A stretch of 64,000 bases of DNA, taken from contig OX597818.1 in assembly GCA_951406725.2 (NCBI GenBank), forward strand, positions 21,824,001-21,888,000, given 5' to 3'. Below the pieces are notes generated by a model. It was not told the origin of the DNA, ran no database searches, and saw nothing but the letters and a program-made list of their open reading frames with translations. Origin of the DNA: Octopus vulgaris. Lineage: Eukaryota. The position numbers and the translations under genes were made by a program. This document shows positions 11,996-25,363 of the stretch, piece by piece (the stretch's first letter is position 1; every line of letters starts with the position of its first letter).

Positions 11996-13183
11996 CACAC
12001 ACACACACATATAATCACAAAGATTTGAATCCTATTGTTTTGTCATGTAATCCCTACCATAAGTCTTCCTCTGTTGCATACATAATCATATAATCATGTT
12101 AATTTTCTCACCACCAAAACCGCTACTACCACCACTACTACTATTATTATCCAGATATTGTTAGGGATTGCCTGTATTATACAATAAGATAGTCTTTCAT
12201 TTGATTGACTTGCTAAACTAGGACAATTTATGCGACTAACATTATCAATTTTTGCTTGTCTGAACAAATGTCAGTTACATTTCATGTTGACAGCTATATT
12301 CTCTCCTGTTCATATTTCTTAACAAATCTGTAGATGATCTCTTTGGTGTCGGAACCTTGCTTTGGCAAAGGGTTTCTTAGCAAAAGCTATTTCTGTTTCT
12401 TAATGTCTCTCTGTATTATGTATTTCATGTTAATATCTATTGCATTTCCTTCAATACTTTATGATCAGCACATGCATTTTTCTATTATCAAATTATTACA
12501 GCAATTAAATTTTGTTGTTGTTGTTTTTATTGATTCTTGTAGCAACTGTTGTGACATCAGGTTGAGTTAGTCATGTGTGTATATACATATACAAAGGAAA
12601 GAAATCAATTGAAAAAGTAAATGAAGATATATATATATATATTTGTTCATTTGTTTTTACATCTGCAAAGAGAGAGAGAGAAAACAGGTTTCATACAATT
12701 TTACTCTATCAGATTCTCTCACAATGTATTGGTCAGCTTGGGACTACAGCTTGGACCTTGATATGGTTGAATTTTAAGTACTAGAATTTATATTTCTGAA
12801 ATAATCTTGTATGTTATAATAAAAAATTTAATCGTAGCAAAAAGCAACCATATAAAACTCAGATAACCAATGATATAAAATCTGTTTTTAATTGTTAGTG
12901 TTAACTCTACTGTGTGTATTGAATATTCATCCCTCACATTTGTTTATATATTGATAGATGCACATGAATAATGCACATATATATATACGTTTTAATGGAA
13001 TTTAATTATCCAACAGCCTTGCATCAATGGTCTAATTGGCTGACTAACCAGTTGTTATTCAACAAAGGGGTATGTTTGAATTACTTCTAGCTAATTAGCC
13101 TGTATGAAACTGTTGGTACTAGGTTGTTGACTAAAATTCCTTTAAAAAATCTCTCTTTCTCTCTCTCTCTCTCACACACACAC

Positions 13184-13220
<37 letters not shown>

Positions 13221-13829
13221 ATAAAATATGAGTGAAAACAATAAAGGAAAAGAAAGATGTAAGATTGTATATATTAGAAATGAGAAATTTATTGGGCAGT
13301 GGCCTGTCTGTGTATTGTGGGTTTCTTTTTAATCTCATTTGTTATTGCAGACTTCACATGTATGAAATATACTTTATATTTGTGTAGGAAATATAAAATC
13401 CATTATATATACAAAAGTTTACTTTCTTTAAATAAAATCCCTCTAGATCCATCTTCTTCCACTTCAAAATATTTTGTGACATATAAGAAAGCAAACACAT
13501 GTGCCTGAAACTATATTATCAAATGAAAAGTTTTCATTGTCAGAAATCATTTCAATTATCAGCATGATTGTGATAACATCTTGATGTAGCATTAAGTTAT
13601 TTTTCAGTCGTTCAGAATCCTGAAACACCTATTAATAATACTTGATGCTTCAAATAGTATACTATTATGGAAGGGAAAATGACAAAAGTGAGGGCTTGGG
13701 TGGGCTCATATACTTCTTTACATTTGTGAGCAGTATTATTGCTTTCAAGCAATTGTAGAACATTTTACTTTTAGTTTGTTATAGAATTCTAAACATTTCC
13801 AGTGTAAGAAATCAATATTGTTGTCAATG

Positions 13830-15310
13830 AAGAGTGTTGGATTAGCTAAAAAAAAATAGTTATAGTTTCTGTTAACTTCTGAGTTCAAATCTCCTTGGTG
13901 TCAATTCTGTATGTCATTTTCCAGAGTCAATAAAGTATGTTACCAGTGAAGTTGTGCAGTCAATATAACTGATTGTTCTGCTCCACAAAATTTATGGCTT
14001 TGTTCTTATTGTAAGAAACAAATAATTCCATCAATAATGTTCAGAGTTGAAATGCTACTGGGGTAGACTTTGCTGTTAACTCCTCAAGAATTGATAGTCT
14101 TGTGCTGGATTAATTTGATCGACAAAACACTTTTCTCATAAGTTTGTGATTTTGTATTAATGAAAAAATCAGTAGCACTATCAATAGAAAAATATTTCTC
14201 ATACAGTAATACTGGTGATATAAATCTTCAGGTTGTGGTTTGGTAGAATTGTTAGAGCATTGGACAAAATAGCCTACTGCATTTAGTTATGACCTGTTAC
14301 ATTTTAAATTTAATCCTGCTAAATTCAACTTTACCCTTCATCCTACCAGTATAGTTACAATGAAATACTTGAGTTGATCTTCTTAACTATATCCACCTTA
14401 CCAAATTAAGGTGTTATTTCCAATGTGGTTTTTGATTTAGGCTCAAGTCCAGCAATTTTGAAGGGAGAGTATCAGTCAATATCATCAGCTACTTGAAGGG
14501 TACATTATTTAATCAACATTAGCAGAATGAAAAGTTTCTGATTAGGTGCAAGGCCAACCATTTTGATGAGAGAAGGTCAGTCAAATCCATCCACTCCAGT
14601 ACTTGTCTGGTGTTTTATTTTTTTGAACCCCAAAGGATGAAAGGTAAAGTTGACCTTAGCAGAATTTGAACTTAAAACATAAAGGACAAGAGCAAATTCT
14701 TTTAATTCTGTAACAATTCTATCAATATCGTTTAGAGCATTGGTGTAATGATGATGATAATTGAATGTTAAATATTAATTTTTTGCCATTACTATTTCAC
14801 ATCTACTCATACATGTTATAGAATACATGGATAAAATAAATTTTGAAAACTTTTCTATTTTTGTATGGCTGCATTTGAAACAGTCAACAGTGTCATCTGC
14901 AAGGGACTTAACTAAATGTTAATGTCTAATATTAACACAAAGCCACACTTTTTGAGAGAGAGTGTATAATCAATTAAATCAACCCCAAAACTTGGATGGT
15001 ACTTTATTTTATCCATCCCAGGGAGATAAAATGCAAAGTTGATCTTGGTGGGTTTTGAATTCAGAATGAAAGGACCATAACTAAATAATTCAAAGCATTT
15101 TACTTCATATTTAACTGATTCTGCTATCCACTATACTCAAACACAGTAATGACAGTAGTAATTTCTACAATTGGCCACATGTTTGTGAGAGGAAAACTTG
15201 GCTGGCATGCAATGGATTGGTAGAATCATTAGGTCATCAGACAAAATTTTTGCAATTTAAATCTCACCAAAGTCAAGTTGATACCATAAAATATCAATTA
15301 AGTACTGGGA
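13830..15310. mobile_element. Cluster of old, degenerate copies of the tRNA-SINE family in both orientations
   Basis: Fragments such as CTGAGTTCAAATCT, CCCCAAAGGATGAAAGGTAAAGTTGACCTTAGCAGAATTTGAAC (14628-14670) and 14935-15130. Confidence 0.65.
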
Positions 15311-15818
15311 TCGATTTAATATATCTATAATGCATACACCTTTTCTCCCCTTCATATTATAACATAACAGAAGGCATGTTTAGTCAAATTAGTTTTAATT
15401 GCATTGAAAAAGTTCATATCCCCCCAAAATTCAAAAGTGACTTTTGAACTTTACCATTGTAGTCTGTAAAAATGTATCTACAGAAAAGTGAACTTGTGAA
15501 AAGTCAACCGCCACAGAACAATATAAAAGGCATAAAGCAGAATGTAAACATTTCCATGATACTTCCATTAAATACTTTCATTGTCAGACATGTTTGTCCT
15601 TTCAACAGAAATGTATACCGTGACAGTTCATCCCAGTAATTACAGTGTTTCAGAAACAAAAGTATTTATATTTTCTCAATTTATATTCTCATTTTGATCA
15701 TGGTAATATTTTTGTATTATCTATCTTGATTATAATAATGGTAGTCTCTTGGGACTGTAAAAGATGGTTCTGCTATTTCTTGCAGGGATGATTTGTTTAT
15801 GGTGATCCAAATCTTCAC

Positions 15819-16412
15819 AAAAGCCTCAATTCTCCTTTTACCTAATTTCCCCTTCATACCACATTAAATAAATCAGGTTGTATTTTCTATACTGGCAGTA
15901 TTACATTCTAGCCTTCCATACTCAAGGTTGATGGCAATAATTCCACTGGATCTACCAGTTCTGTTAAACATTAAATATATTACCACTGTTATGGTGTTAG
16001 TGATGGGGACCAACATTATTAAAGTTATTCTAATCGATTGTTACACATGAGTTAGCTTGGACAGTAAATATAACTAACTTCTTGTCATGCTATCCTGAAT
16101 ATAGTGATACGCTTAATAGAATGTGCAATCCCAAAAAGCAGGGGGAGAAAAATTGTGTATTATACACAAATACAGTTGTCACCAGCTGAAATTGAACATA
16201 GAACATAAAGAGATAATGAAATACTGCAAGACATTTTCTACTATATTCTATTGATTTTGTTACCCACCACAGATAATGAAGTACAAACTGTTGATTCTCA
16301 TCTTTTTTTATTTTTTGTTTTTCAAGCCATCTTCACATTGGCCCCGTTTCTGTAACAGCCACCATGACAAATTCCTTAGTTTATGTACTGTAATTTCATT
16401 TATATATATATA

Positions 16413-16457
<45 letters not shown>

Positions 16458-17289
16458 TATATAAATTATATACGTTTTTATTATCATTTTTTTGCAATTT
16501 ACTTAATCATTGACGTTTTATTGTTATTTTAATTTTAATATTTCTATTATATGTAATTTTCTAGATGGTGTAATTTAATTGTTCATTTTGAATTGATAAA
16601 AGGTGTTTTTTTTCTAATTTTTTATATATATATTATATTGTGTGAAATGTGATTTAGTATTTCTAAATTGAATTTTTTCCTTGTAAGTTTTGGATTTTAT
16701 TCCCTCAAATAATAATTGTTATTTATATATATATAATAGTAGGGAATATAATTTCAAAACTTACAGGGAAATCTTCAATTTAACAATTTTAAATCAAATC
16801 TCACAATGTATAATATGTATATAATTTAGAGAAAAACCTCTATTAAACAATTCATTAGTGGAAGATGTTATTCACACCATATAGAAAACATATACTATAA
16901 AAACCTTATTCTAAAAATCGATAAAGTACAATAAATAATAAATAGTAGTAAAAAGACTATGCGCGTTTCGTGGCTATATTTTCAAATTGATAATAATAAT
17001 AATAAAATCAATTCAATTTATAATTGAATCGATCTAAAATTAATTCTATTTAAAAATATAGTCACTCATGTGTATCAATATATTAGAATGACTATAATAA
17101 TGTTGGTCCCCATCACTAACACCATAACAGTGGTAATATATTTAATGTTTAACACAACTGGTAGATCCAGTGGAATTATTACCATCAACCTTGAGTATGG
17201 AAGGCTAGAATGTAATAAAGAAAATACAACTTGATTTATTTAATGTGGTATGAAGGGGAAAATTAGGAAAAAGGAGAATTGAGGCTTTT
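15819..17289. repeat. Local inverted duplication: 15819-16052 vs 17064-17289 (~230 bp arms, roughly 90% identical)
   Basis: GGTGTTAGTGATGGGGACCAACATTATT pairs with AATAATGTTGGTCCCCATCACTAACACC; TTCTAGCCTTCCATACTCAAGGTTGATGG pairs with CCATCAACCTTGAGTATGGAAGGCTAGAA. Confidence 0.95.
16585..17069. mobile_element. Two inverted AT-rich Penelope-like tail fragments (~16585-16705 vs 16741-16850); the minus-strand copy carries a truncated hammerhead (16955-17069)
   Basis: TTCCTTGTAAGTTTTGGATTTTATTCCCT vs AGGGAATATAATTTCAAAACTTACAGGGAA; minus strand ATGA-GTGACTATATTTT..AAAATATAGCCAC-GAAAC-GCGC. Confidence 0.55.
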
Positions 17290-18183
17290 TTCTCAGATTT
17301 TTCTCTCTCTGACCAGAAAAAAAGATGCTCTGATTAATTTCAACTATTACTAAAACTTCCATCAGAAATTGTTTAATTTTCTGTCCACATAACTATAAGC
17401 TACTATTTTCTCTGTAGGAAGAAAATAAGTGACCTTTGACATTAGTTTAATAAAACCTGAAACCAGTCACTATTTTTTGCTCTTGTTTTGACTAAGTATA
17501 GAAAAATTAGTGTTTACTTTTGACTATAAAATTAAATTTACTAAAGGAATATGCATTGAAGGTTTACCTTCATTTCATCTTTCTCTCTCTTTCTCCCTCC
17601 TTCCTTCATCCATATATGTTCATAATCTTATAAGGAGAATTATTATTCTGTTTAAACCCCCTTCTAGAAATATAGCATATGCTGAAGTTGAAAATAGCCC
17701 TAAACAGAAAATTAAATCAGCTGAGGTTAACTGTGGTTAAGAAATTTGCTTCTTAATTCCACAGTTCTAAATTCAGCCCCATTGTGCAGCAACTGCTTAT
17801 CTTCTTAACTCTTCACGAATCAAAGAACTGTTGCTACCATTGCGTGTGTATGGTTCCTAATAAAGATATTTATGTGTAATGCTGATGCATTTTTCAGGGC
17901 AGACACTTCAGAGTATGGCTGCTCCTAGATTGTATACATAATATCATTCAAAATACTGGTAATGTAAGAGAGTGTCTGACATTGATATAACTCTGTAATA
18001 TAATATATCACATTCCATATGTTAGACTTCAGGTATTAAAATTGATTTACATTAAAATCAATTTGATAAAAGCTGTTGTCAACTGCTCTGGACAAATTTT
18101 CTTAGTAAATTTGAATTGTGTTTATATCTTAAATTTCCCTTGATTCTGTTAAGGCAGTTTTAATTTTGAGAAAATGATATCTA

Positions 18184-19669
18184 CAGGGGCTGGACAAATA
18201 ATGGAAACACCTTAAAATTTCAAAATTTATTTTAATATGGGGTAGGCCTACCTTTGGTAGTAATTACAGCTTGAATTCTATGAAGTATGGATTCGTAAAA
18301 AGTTTGAATTGTTTCCAAAGGAATTTTTGTTCATTCTTCTACTAAAATAGTTTCCAGTTCTTGTAGTGGTGTTGATGGAGGATATCGACTCTTTACTTGT
18401 TTTTCTAAAATTCACCATAAATGTTCAATAATATTGAGATCTAGAGATTGTGGTGGCTAGATAAGATGTTCAACTTCACTAGAATGTTCCTCGTGCCATT
18501 CAGTAACAACTTCAGCTGTGTGAATTGGTGCATTATCATCCTGAAAGATTGCATTTCCCTCCAGAAACAGTTCAGCAACCATAGGATGAATTTGATCAGA
18601 TAGGTGGCACGTAAAATGCACCAATCCGACTGTGGCCGATGCCAGCCTCGCCTGGCACCAGTGCAGGTGGCACGTAAAAAGCACCCACTACACTCTCGGA
18701 GTGGTTGGCATTAGGAAGGGCATCCAGCTGTAGAAACTTTGCCAGATAAGACCGGAGCCTGGTGCAGCCTTCTGGCTTCCCAGATCCCCGGTCGAACCAT
18801 CCAACCCATGCTAGCATGGAGAACGGACGTTAAACGATGATGATGATGATGATGAAAACGCTTAAATAGTCTTGACTATTAATTCTGCCATGAAGGGAAA
18901 CCATTGGGCCAGCAGATTTGCGAGATATAGCACCCTAGATCATCACAGATCCTCCTCCATATTTAACAGTTGGAAGAAGGCAGTCTGGGATAAATGCTTC
19001 TTCTTTTGGCTGTCTCCACATGTATACTCAGCCAGTGGTCATAAATAAGGTAAAGGATGACTCATCTGAGAAAATAACATTCTTTCGCTGCTCTAGGGAC
19101 CTGTTCTGTTTTCATTCCACTCTAAATGTTTTGCAATGTTTGTTTTTGAAAGTAGTGGTTTTCTGATTGCAGCGCTCCCGTGAAATCGTGCTTTGTGCAC
19201 CTCCTGGCAAACAGATTTGTGGAAATTGGATTCTCAAGCTTTGCAGTAATTTTGGTAGCTGTACTTTTGTGATCCTTTCTAACAATTCATGTTAGAGTCC
19301 GATGGTCCCTATCTGAAAGTTTTGGTTTTCTTTCGGAGTTTTGTTTCAATGAGGAGGTTTTTCTCTCTTTCTCAAATGCTGTCATTACTTTCGAGACAGT
19401 AGTTCTTGATACACCAAACATTTCCGCTATTTTCATTATACTAGCACCAACAATTTGGACTTCTTTGAAAGTCCAAAAGATCTGTCATTTTAATGAATTT
19501 TAATTACCTTTTTCTGATAATATCTGAAAAGAAACAGCAATTTTAGCAGAACATATTAAGCAACACTAATAATAAATGAAAAGACATAAAAATAAACAAG
19601 CTTTTGACAGTTTTATAGATATTTCAAAATTATGATGCTAGGTGTTTCCATTATTTTGTACAACTCCTG
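18184..19669 (-). mobile_element. Full-length but decayed Tc1-like DNA transposon, DD36E catalytic spacing, TA target duplication
   Basis: TIRs CAGGGGCTGGACAAATAATGGAAACACC / GGTGTTTCCATTATTTTGTACAACTCCTG flanked by TA; transposase pseudogene from ATG 19488 to TAA 18232 with VIFSDESSFTL, TVKYGGGSVMI, FQDDNAPIHT, PQSLDLNIIEHLW, KGRPTPY*. Confidence 0.93.
18603..18854 (+). mobile_element. RTE-LINE 3' UTR fragment with (GAT)n tail inserted into the Tc1 transposase
   Basis: Ends CCAACCCATGCTAGCATGGAGAACGGACGTTAAACGATGATGAT, same terminus as 35184-35250 and 59631-59700; removing it rejoins YLSVLSDQIHP. Confidence 0.85.
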
Positions 19670-19769
19670 TATATTTCAAGTTAAATCTCCTTTTAATTTT
19701 TTATAGAAATTTACTAATATCTTAATTAGAATACTTATCTTTGTTGTTATCTTTGTTAGTAATATTGTG

Positions 19770-19975
19770 GTTTAACCCTTGGTCAACCCTGATTGAGTAG
19801 ACTTCTGATGATAGATTTCCCAGTTATGATCATTTCATCTTTTCACATGTAACAATTTACATGATCCAATGTGTCCTTTTAATCATGCTTTCTTTATGAT
19901 ATAGCATGATTTGAGCAAGATTTGGCTGCTGTTTCTAGCAGGGTGACTGCATAGCTGCTCCCTTGTTGAGTTGTT
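19770..19975 (-). mobile_element. SINE-like repeat family with (AAC)n tail; other copies ~1400-1600, 7000-7230, 31915-32360, 39270-39750, 45045-45240, 46625-46845, 53270-53480, 55850-55975
   Basis: Recurrent motifs GATTTGGCTGCTATTTCTAGCAGG, GACTACATTATCCAATGTGTCC, CAGACCTATGATCAAAGG in many degenerate copies. Confidence 0.7.
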
Positions 19976-20981
19976 TCAAATTCAATTTTGAGACCATTTG
20001 GACATTTAACTAGGTTATCTACAATAATTTATCTCAAGCACATTCTTAAAGCCAACTAACTCTGGAACAAAGAAACTACTCTGGCTTTCAACAGAGTCTT
20101 TCAAGTAAAGCACATACTGTGTTACTTTCTAATACCTCACATTGGTTTGTATTTATTCTGGTCTCTTATCCCAGCCACCACCACCACTACCACTAGCAGT
20201 TGGCTTGCTATTTAGAGTTGTTTGAGATACAGAAGATTCATTGTTTCAAAATCTTCTGTCTTTCTGTTCTTTAGATTTTTACTATCTGCTGATTGAAAAG
20301 AAATAAAAGGGAGGGTATTTTACTGGGTTATATATATGTCATTGAACCCTTCAAAAATTGTATGTAATTTGTCCCATTTAATTTTTGCTTGAATATAACA
20401 TGAATACAAATATAAAGACAAGCTATACTTTCTTTCTGCTTAGTCTTTTATAAATTGTAGTATCTTTGAATTGTTTAGGGTTTGTCTTTTATTGTTTCTG
20501 ATTATTTCAGTACTCCCCCTCTTATCTCTCTGCTGGTAATGATTGCTATCTGTCGTTGTAGATTAAATTTATCTCTTCACATCCCCCCATTCTCTCTATT
20601 ACTATTTTTCCTTTATGTGTTTCGATAGAAAGGCATTAGAGAATTTGGTAAGAATCCAACAGGAGTCTGATAGGAATAGATGAACAGGTTTTGAATTCTC
20701 TTATATATGCCTACACTCTATTTAAAAACTACCATTCTTGGTGTAGGGTTTGATTCGTCTTCAAACTCAATGAACATTTCAAATTATTGTTCCTGCACAT
20801 TAGCACTTAAATAGCCATTCTCTATAAGGACATTTCATTTTAGCACTTCCCCCAATCACATATACTCACATATAAAACTTCACTACTGTTACAGTTACTC
20901 AGTGTTCTCAATGTTTTTTTATGAAAACAATTTTGATTTCAATGGAAATAGAATGAAAAAAATCTCCACTAACTATTGTCC

Positions 20982-21908
20982 ACATTAACTATTCAGAGAC
21001 ATTTAGACATGCTTAATATTATTTTCAGTAGTAATACTGGAAAAAAAAATGATGGCTGTTGCCCACAAATCAGTATGACCTAGACACATGTACACACACA
21101 CACACACACACACACAGTCTTCTGGACTTCTTACCACATGGATCATCTGACAGCTGAGGGAGAAAGCACTAGGCTAGAACTCATTTTCAACTGAGTGAAT
21201 TCAAGTAACATGAAATGAAATGACTTGCTCAAGGATATAACATGCTGCCTACTTCAGAAATTGAATCCCAGCATCATGAACCCAACACTAACCACAAGAC
21301 AATGTACCTTCACACTGTATAAATGTAGTTCTGACATAATCAGCTGCATTACTTTTGTTGCATGATTGCAACTGTAACTAGTAAGGAATGTTGTTTCCAT
21401 TTAGGAACTGTACAAGCGAAGGGAGAGAGAGATTTAGCTTTCCACACTTTTCTGAAAATATCAGTGGTAAAAGTGAAGTGAATTAGCTTCAACATGATGT
21501 TAACACCAACTGACATGAAGTATTTGAATCTAACAGAGTGCATTGCCTTGCGGTTAGTTTTGGGTTCAATATACTGGGATTCAATTTTTGAAGTAGGCAG
21601 CATGTTGTGTCCTCGAGCAAGTCATTTCATTTCATGTTACTTGAATTCACTCAGTTGAAAATGAGTTCCAGCCTCGTGCGTTCTCCCTCCAGCTGTCACA
21701 TCTTCAATATTTTATTGTTCCATGTGGTAGGAAGGCCAGAAGAGTGTCTGTATTCACAACTATATATACACTGAATACAATTAGCAAAAACATGGTACAT
21801 GTGTCTAGGTCATACTGATTTGTGAGCAACAGCCATCATTTTTTTTTTTCTAGTATTACTACTGAAAATAGTATTAAGCATGTCTAAATGTCTCTGAGTA
21901 GTTAATGT
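20982..21908. repeat. Local inverted duplication: 20982-21307 vs 21538-21908, ~230-bp spacer, roughly 85% identical with indels
   Basis: CAGAGACATTTAGACATGCTTAATA pairs with TATTAAGCATGTCTAAATGTCTCTG; AACTCATTTTCAACTGAGTGAATTCAAGTAACATGAAATGAAATGACTTGCTC pairs exactly with its complement at ~21614-21667. Confidence 0.95.
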
Positions 21909-23476
21909 TAATATTATAATTTTTTTAGATGATTAACATTTCTCATAATGTTGGTATAAATATTTAAATATTTATGCCTATACTGTATTTCTCTCATTCA
22001 TCAGGTGTATCATTCCCGGGTGTGTACTTTGCACACATTAGGGAAGATGTAAATGTTAAAATATTTTTCCATCTCTAATGATGAAGTTAATAGTTTTAAA
22101 AAGTTATAATAGTATGATTAAGCCATACACAACCAAAGATTTTCTAAAGTTTATCAACATTTTTTGTACATCTAGAAGCCCATTTCTGGTTCAGTGATAT
22201 AAAATTGTTGCAGTACTAGTGGCCTAAACTATACTACAATTTTTGTCGCATAACTTCAACCCAGCAATCTTGTGCGATTGTGACAAATCAAATCAACATC
22301 ATGTGTAAGCTTTTACTGACTCTTTTTTCATACTGAGCAGTATTTATCAATAGTGACTTTATGGTTGTTTGTGGGAGGAAATAGGACTTACGATACTCAT
22401 TCAGGCACTTTAAATAACAGTATGAATTGAGATAATTCTGATCAGAATCCGAAGCAAAAGAGAACTCGGTTAAGAAACCATTGCTATTCAGAGTTACCAG
22501 TTATAACATAAGTGAGGTATGTAGCTGACTGAATGAATTAACTACTGTCCTTATTTTATTGACCCAACAAGGCTTTTTTTCGGGCAGTGGATTAAATAAC
22601 AAAATGAAATTCATTTGATTCTGCCATTATTTATACCAGCTTAGTCATATTTGTAGTAATAGCAATATCTTATATTGTAACGATTGCACAAATTTGCTGA
22701 AGGGAAGTAGAGTCATTCAAATTGACTTCAGTACATGCTTAGTTTATTAATTTTATTGATCTTTGAAGAATGAAAAGTTTAAACTACCTTTTTTGTTTTA
22801 GACTTAGGAAAAAATAGTGATAACCATGAATTTCAAGGACTCTCTCTAACTTATATGATTGATGCTGCTATTTTCTAACAAGCAAATATGCAGGTCAATG
22901 TCTACAGACTAAACAATGATGTGTTATAAGTAACCCAAAGTCTTACTCATGTGTAGAATAGTAACACCAATTACAAGATGTGAATCACAAGTTAAAAACA
23001 AAAACCTGCAAAACATCACTGCCACCTCACCCACATCTAAATATCATCAAAATGTCTTCAGTGGAACAACCCTATAAAAATACTAAACCTACCATAATTT
23101 ATATAGTACTTTTGTCTTATTTTTAACTTTAACTTTTGAGGGGTTTTTATCCTGAGTGGTGGGGGTGCTTTGTACTATCAGGAACTGCAGACACCTCAAT
23201 GTTCTGATATCTATAAACTTCAGCAACTACCATGAATTACAGATCCCCAAACTAATAGTCCAACATCTAGATACCAATAAACCCCAGATACAATATCTCA
23301 AAGCCAAGACTCTCCTTATCAACCATAGATCCTTCAGTCATTATCTAAACCAGTTTTGACTTTGTCCTCAGGGACCAATGAATTAAATATCAATCAACTA
23401 CTTTGATCATTTAATATACCACTCCTCTGTAAGCTTATGTTTTTGCACACCAGTGTAAGAAATCATTATTTATTTA

Positions 23477-23479
<3 letters not shown>

Positions 23480-23529
<50 letters not shown>

Positions 23530-24365
23530 GATGTGGTGAGTAGGCAGAATTGTTAGCACACCAGGCAAAATGCTTAGCAGTGTTTTGTCCATCTTTACAT
23601 AATGAGTTCTAATTCCACTGAGGTCAACTTTGCCTTTCATCTTTCAGGGTCAATGAAATAAGTACTAGTAAAGTACTGTGATTGATATAATTGACTTCCT
23701 CCTCCCCTCAAAAACTGCTGGCCAGTGCTGAAATTTGAAATTATTATTATTATTATTATTGATAGGCAGTGAGCTGGCAGAATCGTTAGCATGCTGGGCA
23801 AAATGCTTAGCAGCATTTCATTTGTCTTTACATTCTGAGTTCAAATTCCGTTGAGGTTGACTTTGCCTTTCATCCCCCCCCCCCCCCAATTGCTGCCCTT
23901 GTGGCAAAATTTGAAGCCATTATTATTATTACTTAGGCAAGCTGAAAGAATTGTTGATGCATTGGACAAAATGCTTAGCAACATTTTTTCCAGGTCTTTG
24001 CATTCTGAGTTCAAAACCCACCAAGGTTAACTTTGCCTTTCATCCTTTTGAGGTTGATAAAATAAAATATCAGTCAAGCACTGGGGTTGATGTAATTGAC
24101 TTGTCCTACTCCCTCCCCTCAAAATTGCTGGCTTTTTGCCAAAATTTGAATTCATTATTATTATCATCATCACAAGTGTGGTAGATTGGCTGAATTGTTA
24201 GTGTTGAACAATATCCCTTGCAGTGTTTCCTCCAACTTTACATTCTGGATTCAGAGTTAACTTGACCCTTCTTCGTTCCAGGCTTGATAAAATTAAGTAC
24301 TAGTCAAGTACTGAGGTTGCTATGATCAACCCAGAAATGCTGGCTTTGTGCCTAAATTAGAAATT
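23480..24365 (+). mobile_element. Head-to-tail array of four tRNA-SINE copies separated by (TTA)n
   Basis: Heads at ~23531, 23764, 23935, 24175, each with a B-box-like GAGTTC(A/T)AA motif (decayed in the fourth) and ending in AAATTTGAA/AAATTAGAA plus ATT repeats. Confidence 0.85.
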
Positions 24366-25090
24366 GTTGATGGTGTGGGTGTTACTTGTGTCCTGTTATT
24401 AAAGACTTAGAGGTTTTAAATCCACTTACTATATATTCTTAGCAACAATCTGTGTTAATTGCCCTCCAGGATTACTTTAAAATCTAGTTAGAATTGTTTG
24501 ATAAAAATAAGTTTTAGAAAAAGAAGTAAGTTTGCTTTTTAACGAATAAGACAGTGTAAGTGAGAGGTGTTATCTGTCTAAACTATCCTATAAGGCTAAA
24601 TTTAACCCTTTGGTGGTTTTCAGAATATCTGATTTTAATAGCAAGCTTTTGTAAAAAAATAAAATAAAATAAAAATAAATAGCTTTATTGATTAGATACT
24701 ATTTAGTTTCTTTATTTCCCCACTCTACCACTGTACAACAACAAAAACATTAACTACCACCTCCACCACCACTACTACAGCTATGGCTATACTGCACCAG
24801 GTTATTGTTTGTCAGTTTGCTGTTGTTGTTGTTTTGTGTTTCAGGATGTGTTGAGACTGGAATTAAGTTTATTTGTGTAGTTAAGATATTGATTCTAGAA
24901 TAGAGATACTCAAAGATGTGACCTAAGGTAGGATGAGGTGTTTGGGCGAAAGTGGGGGCTAAGGCTATATTGTTTTTGTTTTCCTTTTTCGTCCTTGGTG
25001 TTATCTTTTTTGTTTGTAGTTTTTAGTTTTATTTAGTAATTAATAAATGCAAGTAGACTGCTTCCTTTCTTGTACCTGTTACCTTGATAG

Positions 25091-25130
25091 CCGATTGTAG
25101 TCAGTCACTCAAGACTGTCAGCCCAAGTTG
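25091..25130 (+). CDS. Candidate small exon (40 nt, or 30 nt from the AG at 25099-25100: SVTQDCQPKL), unidentified
   Basis: Pyrimidine-rich cttcctttcttgtacctgttaccttgatag acceptor and TTG|gtaagt donor. Confidence 0.3.
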
Positions 25131-25299
25131 GTAAGTGATATATATATGTATTCTATAATGCTATAATGCTCCTGCTACTACTACAATTCATAGCCAGTAC
25201 AGGGACTGTTGTGATTACTAAGCTTCTTTAAACTGATACCTGAGTGAAAACAAAGAAAACTCATCCTTTGGGAGTCAATTATTGGTTCTCTCTCTTTGT

Positions 25300-25363
<64 letters not shown>

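Noticed and set aside
13151-13216. (CT)n..(GA)n self-complementary hairpin
   Set aside because: Simple-repeat juxtaposition, common in this kind of genome
23480-24365. Regular repeat-spacer appearance reminiscent of a CRISPR array
   Set aside because: Units are ~200-bp diverged SINEs separated by microsatellite; eukaryotic context, no cas genes
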